Part shown: positions 40,828 to 53,000 of the stretch, one piece after another | Layout of the letters: every line of letters starts with the position of its first letter | How positions within the stretch are numbered: position 1 is the first letter of the stretch | Assembly (NCBI GenBank): GCA_904063045.1 | Contig: CAJFCJ010000008.1 | Location: 1,054,001 to 1,118,000 of the forward strand | DNA: 64,000 nucleotides | Reading direction: 5' to 3' | Origin: Dimorphilus gyrociliatus | Lineage: Eukaryota > Animalia > Annelida | Program-made: the position numbers and the translations under genes | The notes under the pieces: generated by a model | Databases searched by the model: none | What the model was told of the DNA's origin: nothing | What the model saw: only the letters and a program-made list of their open reading frames with translations

Positions 40828-43421
40828 TTATAACTCATCCTTTTTCTGAAATAAAAAATATTGATAAGAATACTATTTTTAGCAGAGTTAAGATTTAATA
40901 TCAACTTACCGTATCACTATCGGCTGCTTCTTCAACTTTTTCTGCTACTTCAGGTTTCTTTTCATCAGCTTCGTCTTCTACTTCATCTTCGTTGCCTACT
41001 TCTTCTTCATCATCTTCTTCTCCAGCTTCTTCAGGTTCATCTTCGACCTTTTCATCAAGAGGGACGTTTAATGACAATCTCAACATATGTTCAATACGCT
41101 CTGCAAATCCTGAAGTATCTTGTAAACCATATCCAGATCTAAGGGTAGCTGTTTCCATAAGAACAATAGCTAAATCTTTTGTTGTTTGGTCTTCTTTGTT
41201 CGTATCGACTCGCTTTTTAAGTTCTTTAACGAGGGGATGTCTTGGGTTGATTTCTAAAGTTTTCTTTTGAGTGGCATAGTATTGGTTGCTGGTGTCGCCT
41301 GCTTTTTGGTAAGCTTGAGCTTTCATGATTCTTTCCATATTTCCGGACCATCCGTAGGAAGAGGCGATTAAAGCACATGGTGAAGTGGTCAATCTTTCAG
41401 AAACAACAGCTTTTTCAATTTTGTCCTTAAGAGCATCCTCCTTCAACCAGGTTGTTAGAGATTCAAAATCTTTTTCAATAGCCTCCTTTCGTTCTTTGGC
41501 CTTTTCAGAATCATCGATTTTAACTCCTTCTTTGGCGACGTTCTGGAATTTTTTGTTGTCAAATTCAGGTAGGGCTTGGATACAATACTCGTCAACCGGC
41601 TCAGTCAAGTACAAAACTTCGTATCCCTTTTTCAATAGTCTTTCAACAAATGGTGATTGTTCAACTTCAGCTCTGTTAGAACCAGCAACAAAGAAGATGG
41701 ATTCTTGTTTTTCTTTCATGCGTTCGATGTAATCGGCAAGAGAGGTGACACCATCCTTTGAGTTGGAGGATTGGAATCTCAAGAGTTTTGCCAATCTGGT
41801 TCTGTTGGAATGATCTTCAATAACTCCGAGTTTGATGTTGGTGCTGAATTCTTTCCAGAAAGTTTCAAAATCTTCTTTGCTCAATTTCTTGATCATGTCC
41901 AAAGTCTTACGAACCAATTTCTTCTTAATGACTTTCAAAAGTTTGTGTTGTTGAAGAGTTTCTCTGGAAACGTTCAATGGCAAGTCATCACTGTCGACAA
42001 CACCCTTCACAAAAGACAAATATTTTGGCATCATATCTTCGAAGTTATCAGTGATGAAAACTCTTCTAACGTACATTTTGATTTGATCGATCTTTTTACC
42101 ATAATTTTGGAACATATCATGAGGTGAACTCTTAGGGACGAAGAGGATAGATTTGAAGGTAACTTCACCTTCAGCAACAAAGTGAGTAAAAGCCATTGGA
42201 TTATCGTGATCCTTTGAGAAGGATTTGTAGAATTCGTGATATTCTTTATCTTCAACCTCAGAGGTTTTACGGGTCCAGATAGGTTTGTTGTCGTTCAAAA
42301 GTACCCAATCCCAGACGGTTTTCTCAACAGTCTTCTTTTGACTTTCGTCTTTTTCATCTTCAACTTTTCCGTCTTCATCATCAGATGATGGTTTTGCTTC
42401 TTCAGAATCAGCTTCCTCAACTTTTTCAGTCTTGGAATCCCAAAGGTAAATATTAAAGTTGATAAATTGAGAGTATTTCTTAACTAAATCTTTAATGGTG
42501 TTTTGTTCAAGGAATTCATGAGCTTCTTCTTTCAATAGGAGGGAAATTGTGGTTCCTCTTCCGAGGGTATTTCCTCGTGGATCTTTTGAGATAGTGAAAG
42601 AATGAGCATCAGATTCCCAAATGTGTTGTTCATCATCGTTGTGTTTAGATGTAACAATAACTTTGTCAGCAACTAAGAAAGATGAGTAAAAGCCAACGCC
42701 AAATTGTCCAATCATATCAGTCATTTCTTGTTGGTTTGAGGCTTCACCCAGTTTCGTCAAAAATTCAGATGTTCCAGATTTCGCAATTGTACCCAAATTA
42801 TTTATCAAATCGGCTTTGGTCATACCAATACCAGTATCGGTTATATGAAGCATTCGGTTGTCTTTGTCAGCTTTAATTTTAATAGACAGTTCGTCCATAT
42901 CGCCCATAACACCTTTATCAGTAACAGAGAGGAAACGGATTTTATCTAAGGCGTCAGAGGCATTAGAGATTAATTCTCTAAGGAAAATTTCCTTGTTCTT
43001 ATAAAGAGAGTTGATGATGAGCTTCATCATTCGATCAACTTCTGCTTGAAACGTGTGTTTTTCCGCCTTTTCGCGCAGTTCTTTCATTTGAGCAACATTC
43101 AAACCGTCCAACTTAATAGCTTCCTCTTCACTGAAAGACCGGTCAATAAGTCATAACGTAATTAAATATTTATGAAGATATATACCGTTGAACAACTTCG
43201 TCATCAGTTCTGGATCCGTCACGGCTTTTACCAACGCTTTCTTCAACTGTATCAGCTGAATCTGACGATTCGGCGCTTACCAGTCCTGTGAAATTGGGCG
43301 TTATGATAAAAAGCGTTTTTTAAAGCTGAAATAAATAGAACATAACTAGAAAATGAGATGATTCTTTACCTGACATAAATAGAAAGCCGAGAACGGCTAG
43401 TAGGAGAAATTTTCGTTGCAT
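40828..43421 (-). CDS. HSP90B1: Endoplasmin / GRP94, 4 coding exons: 43421-43371, ~43325-43186, ~43131-40910, 40845-40828 (KKDEL*)
   Basis: Signal peptide [81 protein letters not shown] and LNVSRETLQ. The terminal exon aaa aag gat gag tta taa follows a 64-bp GT-AG intron. Confidence 0.98.
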
Positions 43422-43507
43422 TTTCAATGCAGAATAGTTATTCGTTGCGAATGAAAACTTCTAATATGCCGGCTACTTCGATGGAGGGATTCTCGGTTAG
43501 TAGTAAT

Positions 43508-43652
43508 GCTGACGCGGACCAATCAGCAGCTACCACAAAGTAATCACGTGACGAGTTTTCGACGAATGGGGATCGGCCAAATATAGAAGTCATGAAAGTC
43601 ACGTGACAAAAGGAGTTTTCCTGACTTGTCTACCGCTGATTGGTCCGTCAGC
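43508..43652. promoter_or_regulatory. HSP90B1 promoter with ERSE-like, ERSE-II-like and E-box elements arranged as an inverted repeat
   Basis: CCAAT-N9-CCACA at 43519-43537. ATTGG-T-CCGCG on the minus strand at 43523-43513. ATCACGTGAC at 43543 and GTCACGTGAC at 43598. GCTGAC(GC)GGACCAATCAGC at 43508 is mirrored at 43635-43652. Confidence 0.7.
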
Positions 43653-43911
43653 CTTTTTTTGTCAATACGCCTATCGACCTGGATCAAAGATCTCATTGTA
43701 AATGCTTTAATGGTTTTTACATATGTTCTATATGTAACATGCATATTTACATATATATCTGCTATCTATATATCACATTCAATATTTAATAAATAATAAT
43801 TAAAACTATATGATCCTAACTTTAAAATATTTCTCATCAATAAATTTGAATCAAAAACAAATTGAAATTGAAGAAAGATTATTTAATTGAGCAAGGAGCA
43901 CAGTACAACTT

Positions 43912-46900
43912 TTAATTATTCAAATAGGTTAGAATTGAGTCTTTAATTTCAACATGAACTAATAAGTATCCAAATTGTAGATAGTTCAACTTGGAATCGA
44001 ACAGGGGAACTTTTCTGTGGCCTGTAATATGAAAGTAAAAGAACAATCAGTATCATCTGGGGTTATTCGCCATATTGTAAAAAAAATGGAGAAAGCAAAC
44101 CTTGTTGTAGGCATCTAAATGGTAGAGTATAGTGAGCTAGATCGGAATCTTTACTCGCTTTCTTCACTCGGAAAGACACGTGAGCCAATTCAGGCAATAA
44201 AACTTTAAACGAAAAATGTTCATTCCATTCAGCATATAGTCCTAAAACAAATCAATTATAAATTAAAACATACATCAAAGGGGCGGAGCAGAAGAGGAAT
44301 GATAAGAAAAGGAAATAAAAAAATTATTAGTCGTTTATTACCATCGCATTTTTGTTGTTTTGTCGATCTTCTGTTTTCTTTCAAGTTTTCATAACCATTT
44401 ATATGTACTTGAATAAACAACTTTTCGGTTGCGGGTAGCTGATGACCGCTAATAATCTAAAAATATTGTAATAATTACAGATTTTTTTTTAGTGGTTTAT
44501 AAAAATGAATTAACTGTTTTTACCTTCAAAACAAGAACTTTGTAGTTTTGAATTTTCAGTTCTTGAATATTGGGAGAATATTCAGCTAAAATAAATTCAT
44601 TTTGAATTAATAAATTTAATAATTGATATATATATATATACTGTATAATACCTTTTTGCATAATATCTGGCTTTAGGATATATCCACATCCTCCATTATC
44701 CCTAAATTGTCCCTGGTTTATTTGCATAGCTCTATCAGAGGTCTGATAGTTGAGAGCAACTATTGAATAATAATTGATGTTTAATATATTATAATTGAAT
44801 TTTGTACTCATTCCAACAATCTTTACCCACCTAATTGAGATCCAGCACACCACAATGGAACTGGATCGTAATTGCTGGAGTTGACCCTCTTTCCAGAGGG
44901 GTATATCCTACTAAGTTGTCGTTTATTGTATTTAAGAAATTGTTTTCCTTCATCCTTTAGAATTTTCATAGATCTTCCCTCGGCAAAAGACGACATCTGG
45001 TGCGCATTTTCTGAAAGTTAATCTTCTTATAGATTGTGGCTTACTTTTTCATTTCAAAACATGATTGGACAAGAAAAAATTTTGTCCTACTTATACTTAT
45101 ATATAATAGCTATGTTATATTAAGAAACTTGAATTCCTTAATAAACTTATGAATGTTTAGCCTACTTACGAAGTTTTGCTGAATCTTCGAAAGATTTAAA
45201 GTGAACAGCCTGACAAATGACAATCAAATCCGAAAGTTCCCGAGCAACTTTAACTTTAACCTTTTTCGAATTAGCACTTGATTTTGATGGAGAAAAAATT
45301 GATGCTTTCCTAGAATTACTAGAATTCGAAGAATCGGGTTTAATGGTCGTTTCTTCTGCGGCTGTTGATTCGATTTCTTCTTCTACATTAACTATTTCAT
45401 CGTCGTCATCGTCACTTTCCGATTCGCTTTCTTCTTCGGTTTCATTTTGTAATTTCTTAGCCTATATTCAGTACATGTTAGTAGTTGCTATAGGCAATCA
45501 ATACTTTATAAGATAGAATATATATAGATACATATATAGCTATATTTTTCCTTGGAATTAAAAGACACAAACTATAAAAAAAATTAGTCTATCGATCGTA
45601 ACTTTTCTCCTTTTTTTTTAGTTCTTTTTAAAGTTTGTTGGCGAAATTCAAGTACAAATTAGCTATACACTAGACATAACATATATATGTAGAATAGATA
45701 TACAGTATATACCAAATACTATATATATATAAGCATAAATTACTATATTGAGATTTTTTGTTTGCATTATTACTTTACTTTGTTCTTTACTAAATCAATA
45801 CATAAATTAAGGAATGCAATGAATCATCGTATTTTCAGTACTGACCTTAACTATCACTTTACCCCGTAAATCGTATGGACTAGGTAAGGTATCCGAACAA
45901 CCGCTAGGTAGTTCCGTTAAAAGGTGTTCTATTTTATCAAAGAATAAGAAAATAAACAATCAGGGTTAGATTTCATAGAAAATAAGATATCTAAACATTG
46001 GTTTCTTTTCTATACACTATACACTATGTTCATTACGATCTGAATAGTTTTTGAGTTATTAATTCAAGTGAGTCGGCCCAGCGGCAGAAGTATTTCAACT
46101 ACATATAATAAAAGTATACAGAACATATGCACAATATTCATATATTCTATAGATATATATTAATAGATGTAAGTAAATATTCTGTATTATGTACTGTATA
46201 CAGTACATGTTTAAAGACAGAGTGCATAAAAAAGACTCTAATATATAAAGTTGTTGTACGTTTGTATGATTGTATACATTATACAGTATGTTATTGCATA
46301 CAATATAATATGTAAAGTAGATTGTATGAATAGGTGTTAATTAAATATATATAATAGGTTTTACAGACCTCCAAGCTCTTTCTGTAGCATTTCGGCCATA
46401 ATTTTTTGATTTTCTAAATTACAATGATTCTCAAAGCTGAGTATAACAGGGAAAGGATTACCCATTCTTTCTAATCTTTCCTCCCAGCTATTACCTTCAC
46501 CCTCTTTCGCTTGTCTCTCTTCAAAAGCATACTGTCTTATAGCTTTTATAACATCTACAAAGGGAATTTTTGAGCATAAGGTATGACCATGAGTTATAAT
46601 AGGCTCGTTCTTTCCATCCCAAATATCAACTGCATGACAAGATGAAGATTTAATTATGCTCTTTTCTTAAAATTCTTTTGAAAAGTTAAGAAAACTATGA
46701 TAATGATGAGAAAACGTACGTTCAACACAGCGGCAAGATCTGGTTAGAGCCTTAACGTACATATTGACATCACTTTTACTTTTCAATTGGTCCCCTGTTA
46801 AGTAGCTGTGGAAAAAGTTTTTGCATTTATCCCGATTAAGAGAAGTTAAAAAAAATGGCTACAAAATTCAATATAGAATAAAATTCTAACGTATTGTGAG

Positions 46901-48698
46901 AAGTAGCTATAAAATAATCGGATAAAGGCCTCTTCATGTCTTGATATACGACTGTGAATTCCCTGTTGAAGATATTTTGTTCGTCAGACAGTAGAAATTT
47001 GATGAAGCCATCCTGAGAAAAATTTAAAACAGGAGCTATCCTTTCAGTGTTCCTCATCCATGTTTTTAGAAGGCTAATGGAAAATTTTTCTTTTTGCTCC
47101 TCTTCGATAAAACTTTTAATTTTATCCGTGCTTAGGATGTAATCGTCACCCAAAAGGCGTTCGTATAGTGAGACTATATATGGTATTTGAGTAATTGTTC
47201 TATAGAAATCCGCAAATTTTTGGCAGTCTAAATAATGAAAGTCCTTCCCACGGATGGCTTGTGTCTGTTTTAACGATTGAAAGCTTAAAAGAGATTATAC
47301 TGAGCTTTAGGTATTTCTAGAGGATTATCAATGTTGAGAAATGAATATGCAACTAAGGAGTGACAATACCTTAAAAAATTCTTTCGCACTGTTAATGTCT
47401 ACAGGAAATCCCATATCCTTGTTAATAGTACTAACAGCTAATTCTCTATCCATATATTTGGTACCATCTTCTAAGCGGTTCTTTTCAGCAATTCTTTCGA
47501 ATACTGTTCTCTCAAAATTATTTCTTTTACGCTCGAAATCATAACGAACTAATCTTTCTACACCTAATTTCCAATTATTACATTCTTCTTGATTCTCTCC
47601 GCAAATTGTAACATATTTCTGCCGCCATCCCAAAATGATATTGAAACAATTATCTTTATCCGTCAAACTCGGCAGACTTGCCGCTTTGCACGAACCAGGC
47701 CCAATTCGCGAAATTTTGCCAATGTTAATTATGCCGAATGTACTAAAATTTTCTCCTTGAATAATATTATTTACTTCGATATAACTCAAGTTAGTTTTCA
47801 CTCGATATAGGCCATCATTAGAGTTCTGATTCTCGTCATCGAATCGTAGGCCCAACTGTTCTTGTCTTAGTGTTTGGCCGATATCATGGTCTTTATTAAA
47901 TACATAAATAATATTAGTAGTTATATAAACATAAAGTTAAAAACCTGCCAAAGAGAAAAAAAATCAGTAAAAGACCAAAGCAAAGAATAAAGATCGATTA
48001 ATAAATGTTAAAAAAAGATTGAATAAAACAAAAATTGATTGATATTTAATTAAAGTCAACCTCTATATAAACATATCAATTTCTTAAGTACTAAGAATTC
48101 TGTATTAGATATTTTGTTATCGTTTTTTTTTACATACCTGATTCAAATACAACGTTCCTCCCCTGTCTGACCTTTGGTGCACTCAGATATTCGTAAGAAT
48201 AGATAAAGGCTGCTGCACAGAGAATGGTCGCTATCTTTTTTTTCGAAAAAAAAAAACAATGGCGTAAGTTTTAAAATGGCTAAACGGAATGGAAGTGAGC
48301 AAGAGAAAGAGAGAATACCAGGAGAGACAGGTAGATAGATAAATTGAAAATAAATGATAAATAAACTTATCTATCAATAAATATATATATATATCTATAT
48401 ATAATTATATGGTATATATAGATATTGATGTTTATATATATATATATATATATAAATTTATATATATATTTATTTATAAATATACATCAGCTAATTTCTA
48501 TTTGAGATAACTCACCGTACTTGGAAGCATGTACCAAGAGATAACAGTTAAACATTCACCGATTATAGCAACTCCAATTAATTCTTTGCCATTCTTCTTA
48601 AGTAATTTCATATAAAATATTAGACCAGTTAAAAGAATATGAAGGATTATTAATTTTATAGCAATAAAGCCATACGAGCCATAAAGAAGTTCAAACAT
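43912..48698 (-). CDS. Phosphoinositide phospholipase C, delta-like layout (PH-EF-X-Y-C2) with a hydrophobic N-terminal extension
   Basis: X box [62 protein letters not shown] box [51 protein letters not shown]2 domain ends GHRKVPLFD...YLLVHVEI. Both catalytic His are present. The two 5'-most exons (48698-48516, 48234-48138) were inferred from splice phases. Confidence 0.93.
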
Positions 48699-48747
48699 TA
48701 TTTCTTTTCAAATATTATACTATCTTTTTTTCTTCTTTTATCTTTTT

Positions 48748-48782
48748 TCTCTCTCTCTCTCCCTCACTCTCTCACACACACA
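48748..48782. repeat. (CT)n(CA)n compound microsatellite just upstream of the PLC start codon
   Basis: ctctctctctct ccctcactctctcacacacacac. Confidence 0.8.
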
Positions 48783-50019
48783 CTATTTTAAACGTTTCTG
48801 TCTCTTCGAGTCCGTCGTCTGAGGTAAAAATTGTTTAAATATTAGTCACTTGGCTAATAGATAAAGTCGCGTTTGTAAACGACAAATATAAACCTTTTTT
48901 CACCTGTTGGCCTCGAGACAAAAAGCAGCTATATAATCGCCTTTTAAAAAATGTATATTTAAGGCCGCCTCTATCGTTCTAATCTATTCGATAAAAAAAG
49001 AAGAATTCCCAATGATATCAACGATTTTTACAAAATATATAAATAAAAAATATTACTTCTCCTGTATAATTTATTTAATATATGAATATATATTTAAGAT
49101 ATCTATGTATTTATATTAAGTTGTAACGTACTTCTTAAGAAATCTTTTCTATAAAGGACTGTATGAAATATAAAAGGATACATAGTCTCTGATACTATGC
49201 CCAGTTGCGCTCTCTTACGAGTTTTGTAAATATTATTTCAATCATTGGTCTTGTTTGGTCGTTTATTGTCGAATAGAAACATTTCAATTATAAACTTCGA
49301 GTTGGTCTTAATAGAGATAAAGTATTTTTATAAAATAAAATCTTTTTCTTTCTTTCAAGAGTTGATAATAATAATTAATGGATCCGAACTAAAGTAGGAT
49401 TTTGTGGGAAGAAAAAAGAGTTAGATGTTTTGCAGACATTACAGAGGTTTTCGCTCTTAACATAACTTTTCGATATATGCATTAGGATCTAATATACACA
49501 TTTTTTTTTACCTCTCGGTACGTTCAAACAGTAATATAACTCATTTTTACAAGTTTAAATGAAATAAAAGTATTAAATCTGCATCAGTTTCTCGTTAATA
49601 ATTTTATTACCTATACGAATATACACTACATGTATTTAAAATCAAACACGTAAGCGTACAAAAGCATTTATTTGTATATGTGAATACTGTGTATATAAAC
49701 TATATATACTATATATACTAATATATTTGCAAGTGTTACACTTTGAAATTGATACAAAGTTTGATTATAGGCCTTCAGAATGTTCATACAATAAATAATA
49801 AAAAAAATAAATCAGTTCCGAAAGATAAATTGTCTTATCTTTTAAATAACTTGTTTTATTAGGTTCCTTCAAAATTTTCTTTGATTAACTAACGCATATA
49901 TATTCTATTCTCCGTTTAGAATTACTCTCTCCCTTTACATTCATTTTCTTTTGAGTAGCTAATTGTTTAAAATTTGAAAATTTAATACTTTCTTTATATT
50001 ATAAAGTTTTCTAAGGCGT

Positions 50020-53000
50020 TCATTTAGTTGCTGGTGTTCCTAACATTATTACGCCTGATTCCCTGCCCAGAAATTGAATTGGATTCTTTTTATGAAAGCA
50101 AACGAGTTCGGACAATGTTTGAAAGTTCTGCGTTAGAATAGAATAATATTAATATTTGATAAGAGAAAATTATTATCCAATAATAATTACAGGTTCATCC
50201 AATTTTTCCTCACCAATTGCGAAGTGACCATCTGATTTACGTCTTATTTTTATATTTAGGACCTTATATTTGCATAGGATCATTAGAGTGAAAGGCTGCT
50301 TCTGATTTCCCCCAGTAGATTTTCGGATAAGAAATGATCCGTTCTACAAGATAATCAACGAATTTATACAAATTATTAGGGTCAATCATGTTCAATTTCA
50401 ACCTGATTGATTTTTAAAAGCTTTTCATTGCCGTCTTTCCTAGAAATATCTCCATGATACCAAGGTTGATCTGCTGGTCGCAAAGATGATACTTTTGGTG
50501 GTTGTTTCTTTTTCCTCTCTGACTTTGGAATTTCTGGTAGAGGTCTGTTAGTATTTAGCAAACGGGGCAGTTCTTCTGACGAAATTTTTCTAGGTGATAT
50601 TCTACCTTCGACTATAGGATTTACTTGAAAGTTGTTTTCATTGCCATTTTGTAAACAAGGAGTTTGCCTTTCAGACAGTTTAGTCGGTTCCAAATAATCC
50701 TCCTCACCCAAATTGGGTTTAGTCGGAGCCAAGGGCAGATATTCGAAATTAGGTAAACTTGAACAATGATTATCTATGATAAGTAAAAAAATTGTTTGTT
50801 CAGCTCTTTTCTAATCTTAGATGATATTTCGATGATATTAACAGCGAAGTGTATGTATAGTATAAATGATATTAATTATAAACGGTCAATTATTACGAAT
50901 CATTTATCTCAAGGAGAAGGAAAACATTGATTTTTAATTTAAAACTTGAATAATCTATCCTCAAAATATTTATATCTATGCTATATATTTAATCTCACAA
51001 TTAGTCATTTAGTCATTGCCATGGGAAATTTCCCTCGATATTTTATTTTTTTTTTACTTGTATATTCTAACAGAAAGTTACAAATTTGTTAAATACTTAC
51101 AGCCTGTGTTCGGAATATTAAAGCATGGTGATCTATTGTTAGTGGTTTGAAAAGCATGATTGTCATTCGTTTCAGGCGCTAAACAATATCAATCAAATTT
51201 CTTTGTATCATAAAGTTACAAAAGAAAAGAAAGCTTACGTTGAAGATGTAAATTTCCAGTAATGTTTCTTCTCGGTATTTTCAAGCATCCCTTTCTATTT
51301 ATAATCATTCAAAAGACTTATTAAACAAGAAGCACATAAAGAAAAAGTTATATATTATAATCAAGATTATCATAATATTTAATCTATAAATACCCGATTT
51401 CTTCTTCTACATTCACGTAGGAAGGCATACTTGTTCTTTAGTGTTTTGCATAAAGCTGTCTAATCTTCAACTTTCTAAACTATCGTCATATATGTTCTGT
51501 GCGACGTTTATACTCTGAGTAATAAATCGTTTGAGTCAAATCTAGGTAGTGATATAGGGCTTCTATCACGATTCTTAAGCTCTGGGCCTATATATTCTCT
51601 AGGTTTTTCCAATATGTAAATACCAAATACGTTCTTAAGTATACCCCAAAAACATGATAGGCTGATTATTTTTACTATTATATTTAGAGGTAGGCCCAAG
51701 AAATACGTTACGGATAAGTTTTGTAAGAATACGTGATATGAATCGCTTGGATTTTAATATTTATTATAAAATATATACAAAAATAGTTAGTTTACCGAGA
51801 GATGACTGTAAGATATACATATTTATAAACTTTTACACAATACTCCAAATGTAAATGCTTTTATTCATCGCTAGAATAAAACAATGTATGATTTTATAAG
51901 AATTACAAACAAACTCATTTTTATTCTTATATTCAGCTACTAATTCTTTTATGTAGTAATAGAATATATACCATGAATAACGAATAATCTCAATAATTTC
52001 TATATTAAACAGGAAATTGTGAAGTGCTTCCTATTTTGTAAAAATTCTGGAAAAGAATGATTTTGTCAATATTTGCTCCTTTCTTCTTTGAACTCCAAAC
52101 TAACAATCTTCATTTACTACCCAATCTTGTAGTATAACGGACACATCGTTGGATAAAGATAATGGTTCTTGTCGAAATTTTTCAATCATAGTGGCAACGC
52201 TTGGAAAGTACTAGAGAAAAAAAAACATAAGAATATAGATTCTATTCTCTTGAAAGCAATATGATCAATTTAACCTCTTCATTCGGTTTTTCCTCACCAA
52301 TTGCGTATCCCTCCCAGAGTCTGGGATATGGATTACGGATTCTACGAATTCGTAAATTAAATATTTTCGATTTGTCTTTAATCATAATAGTGTAGGGTTG
52401 GTTGGCTTTTTGAGAATCGCGAATTAAGAATGTACCATCCTGAAATATAAAGATTAACCTTTGAAATAGCATATAATACTCATCAATAAATCATTTATTA
52501 CCTTTTCGTTTTCTAATAGACTGTTTCCAAGGGGCCTTGTTATATTACCGTGGTACCATGGACATAGGTCAATGCTATTGCGTTTTTTGCTCTCTGCTTT
52601 TGCAATAAATGTAGGTTTATTCTCAATAGGTGGCTTTGGTAGTGGCATTCTCTTTCTACTGGAGTCGGATCCCGTGTCGGATGTATTAGAACTTCGATTT
52701 GAGCTTGGGTTCTTGGCTTTTGGTTGTGAAATAATCCTGTTCAGATCCTCTTTGAAAGAATCATCGATACGGTTTCCATTGCTATGATCACTTTGAATCT
52801 GATAAAAAGAAGCTGAGTTTTATATCAACGACATGTGAGACAAGCCTAAAATTGTCCATTTAGAATTTACTAACGGAGGTTTGGCTAATATCTTTAGCTA
52901 CCGACAACTCGGAAGCACGTGGTGTCAACCTTGTATCTGAAAGTCGGGGCTGTCTGCTATGAGTTATTGGAGGTGGTGATGGTGGTCGATTGGGATTGCG

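Noticed and set aside
40861-42876. Several plus-strand ORFs over HSP90B1, and similar antisense ORFs over ELP4, DHCR24, COQ8, PLC and the Lys-rich gene
   Set aside because: They are shadows of strongly conserved coding sequence on the other strand, with no independent motifs or splice support.
46100-46345. TATACA-rich degenerate repeats in a PLC intron
   Set aside because: Low-complexity decayed microsatellite without a regular unit or terminal repeats.
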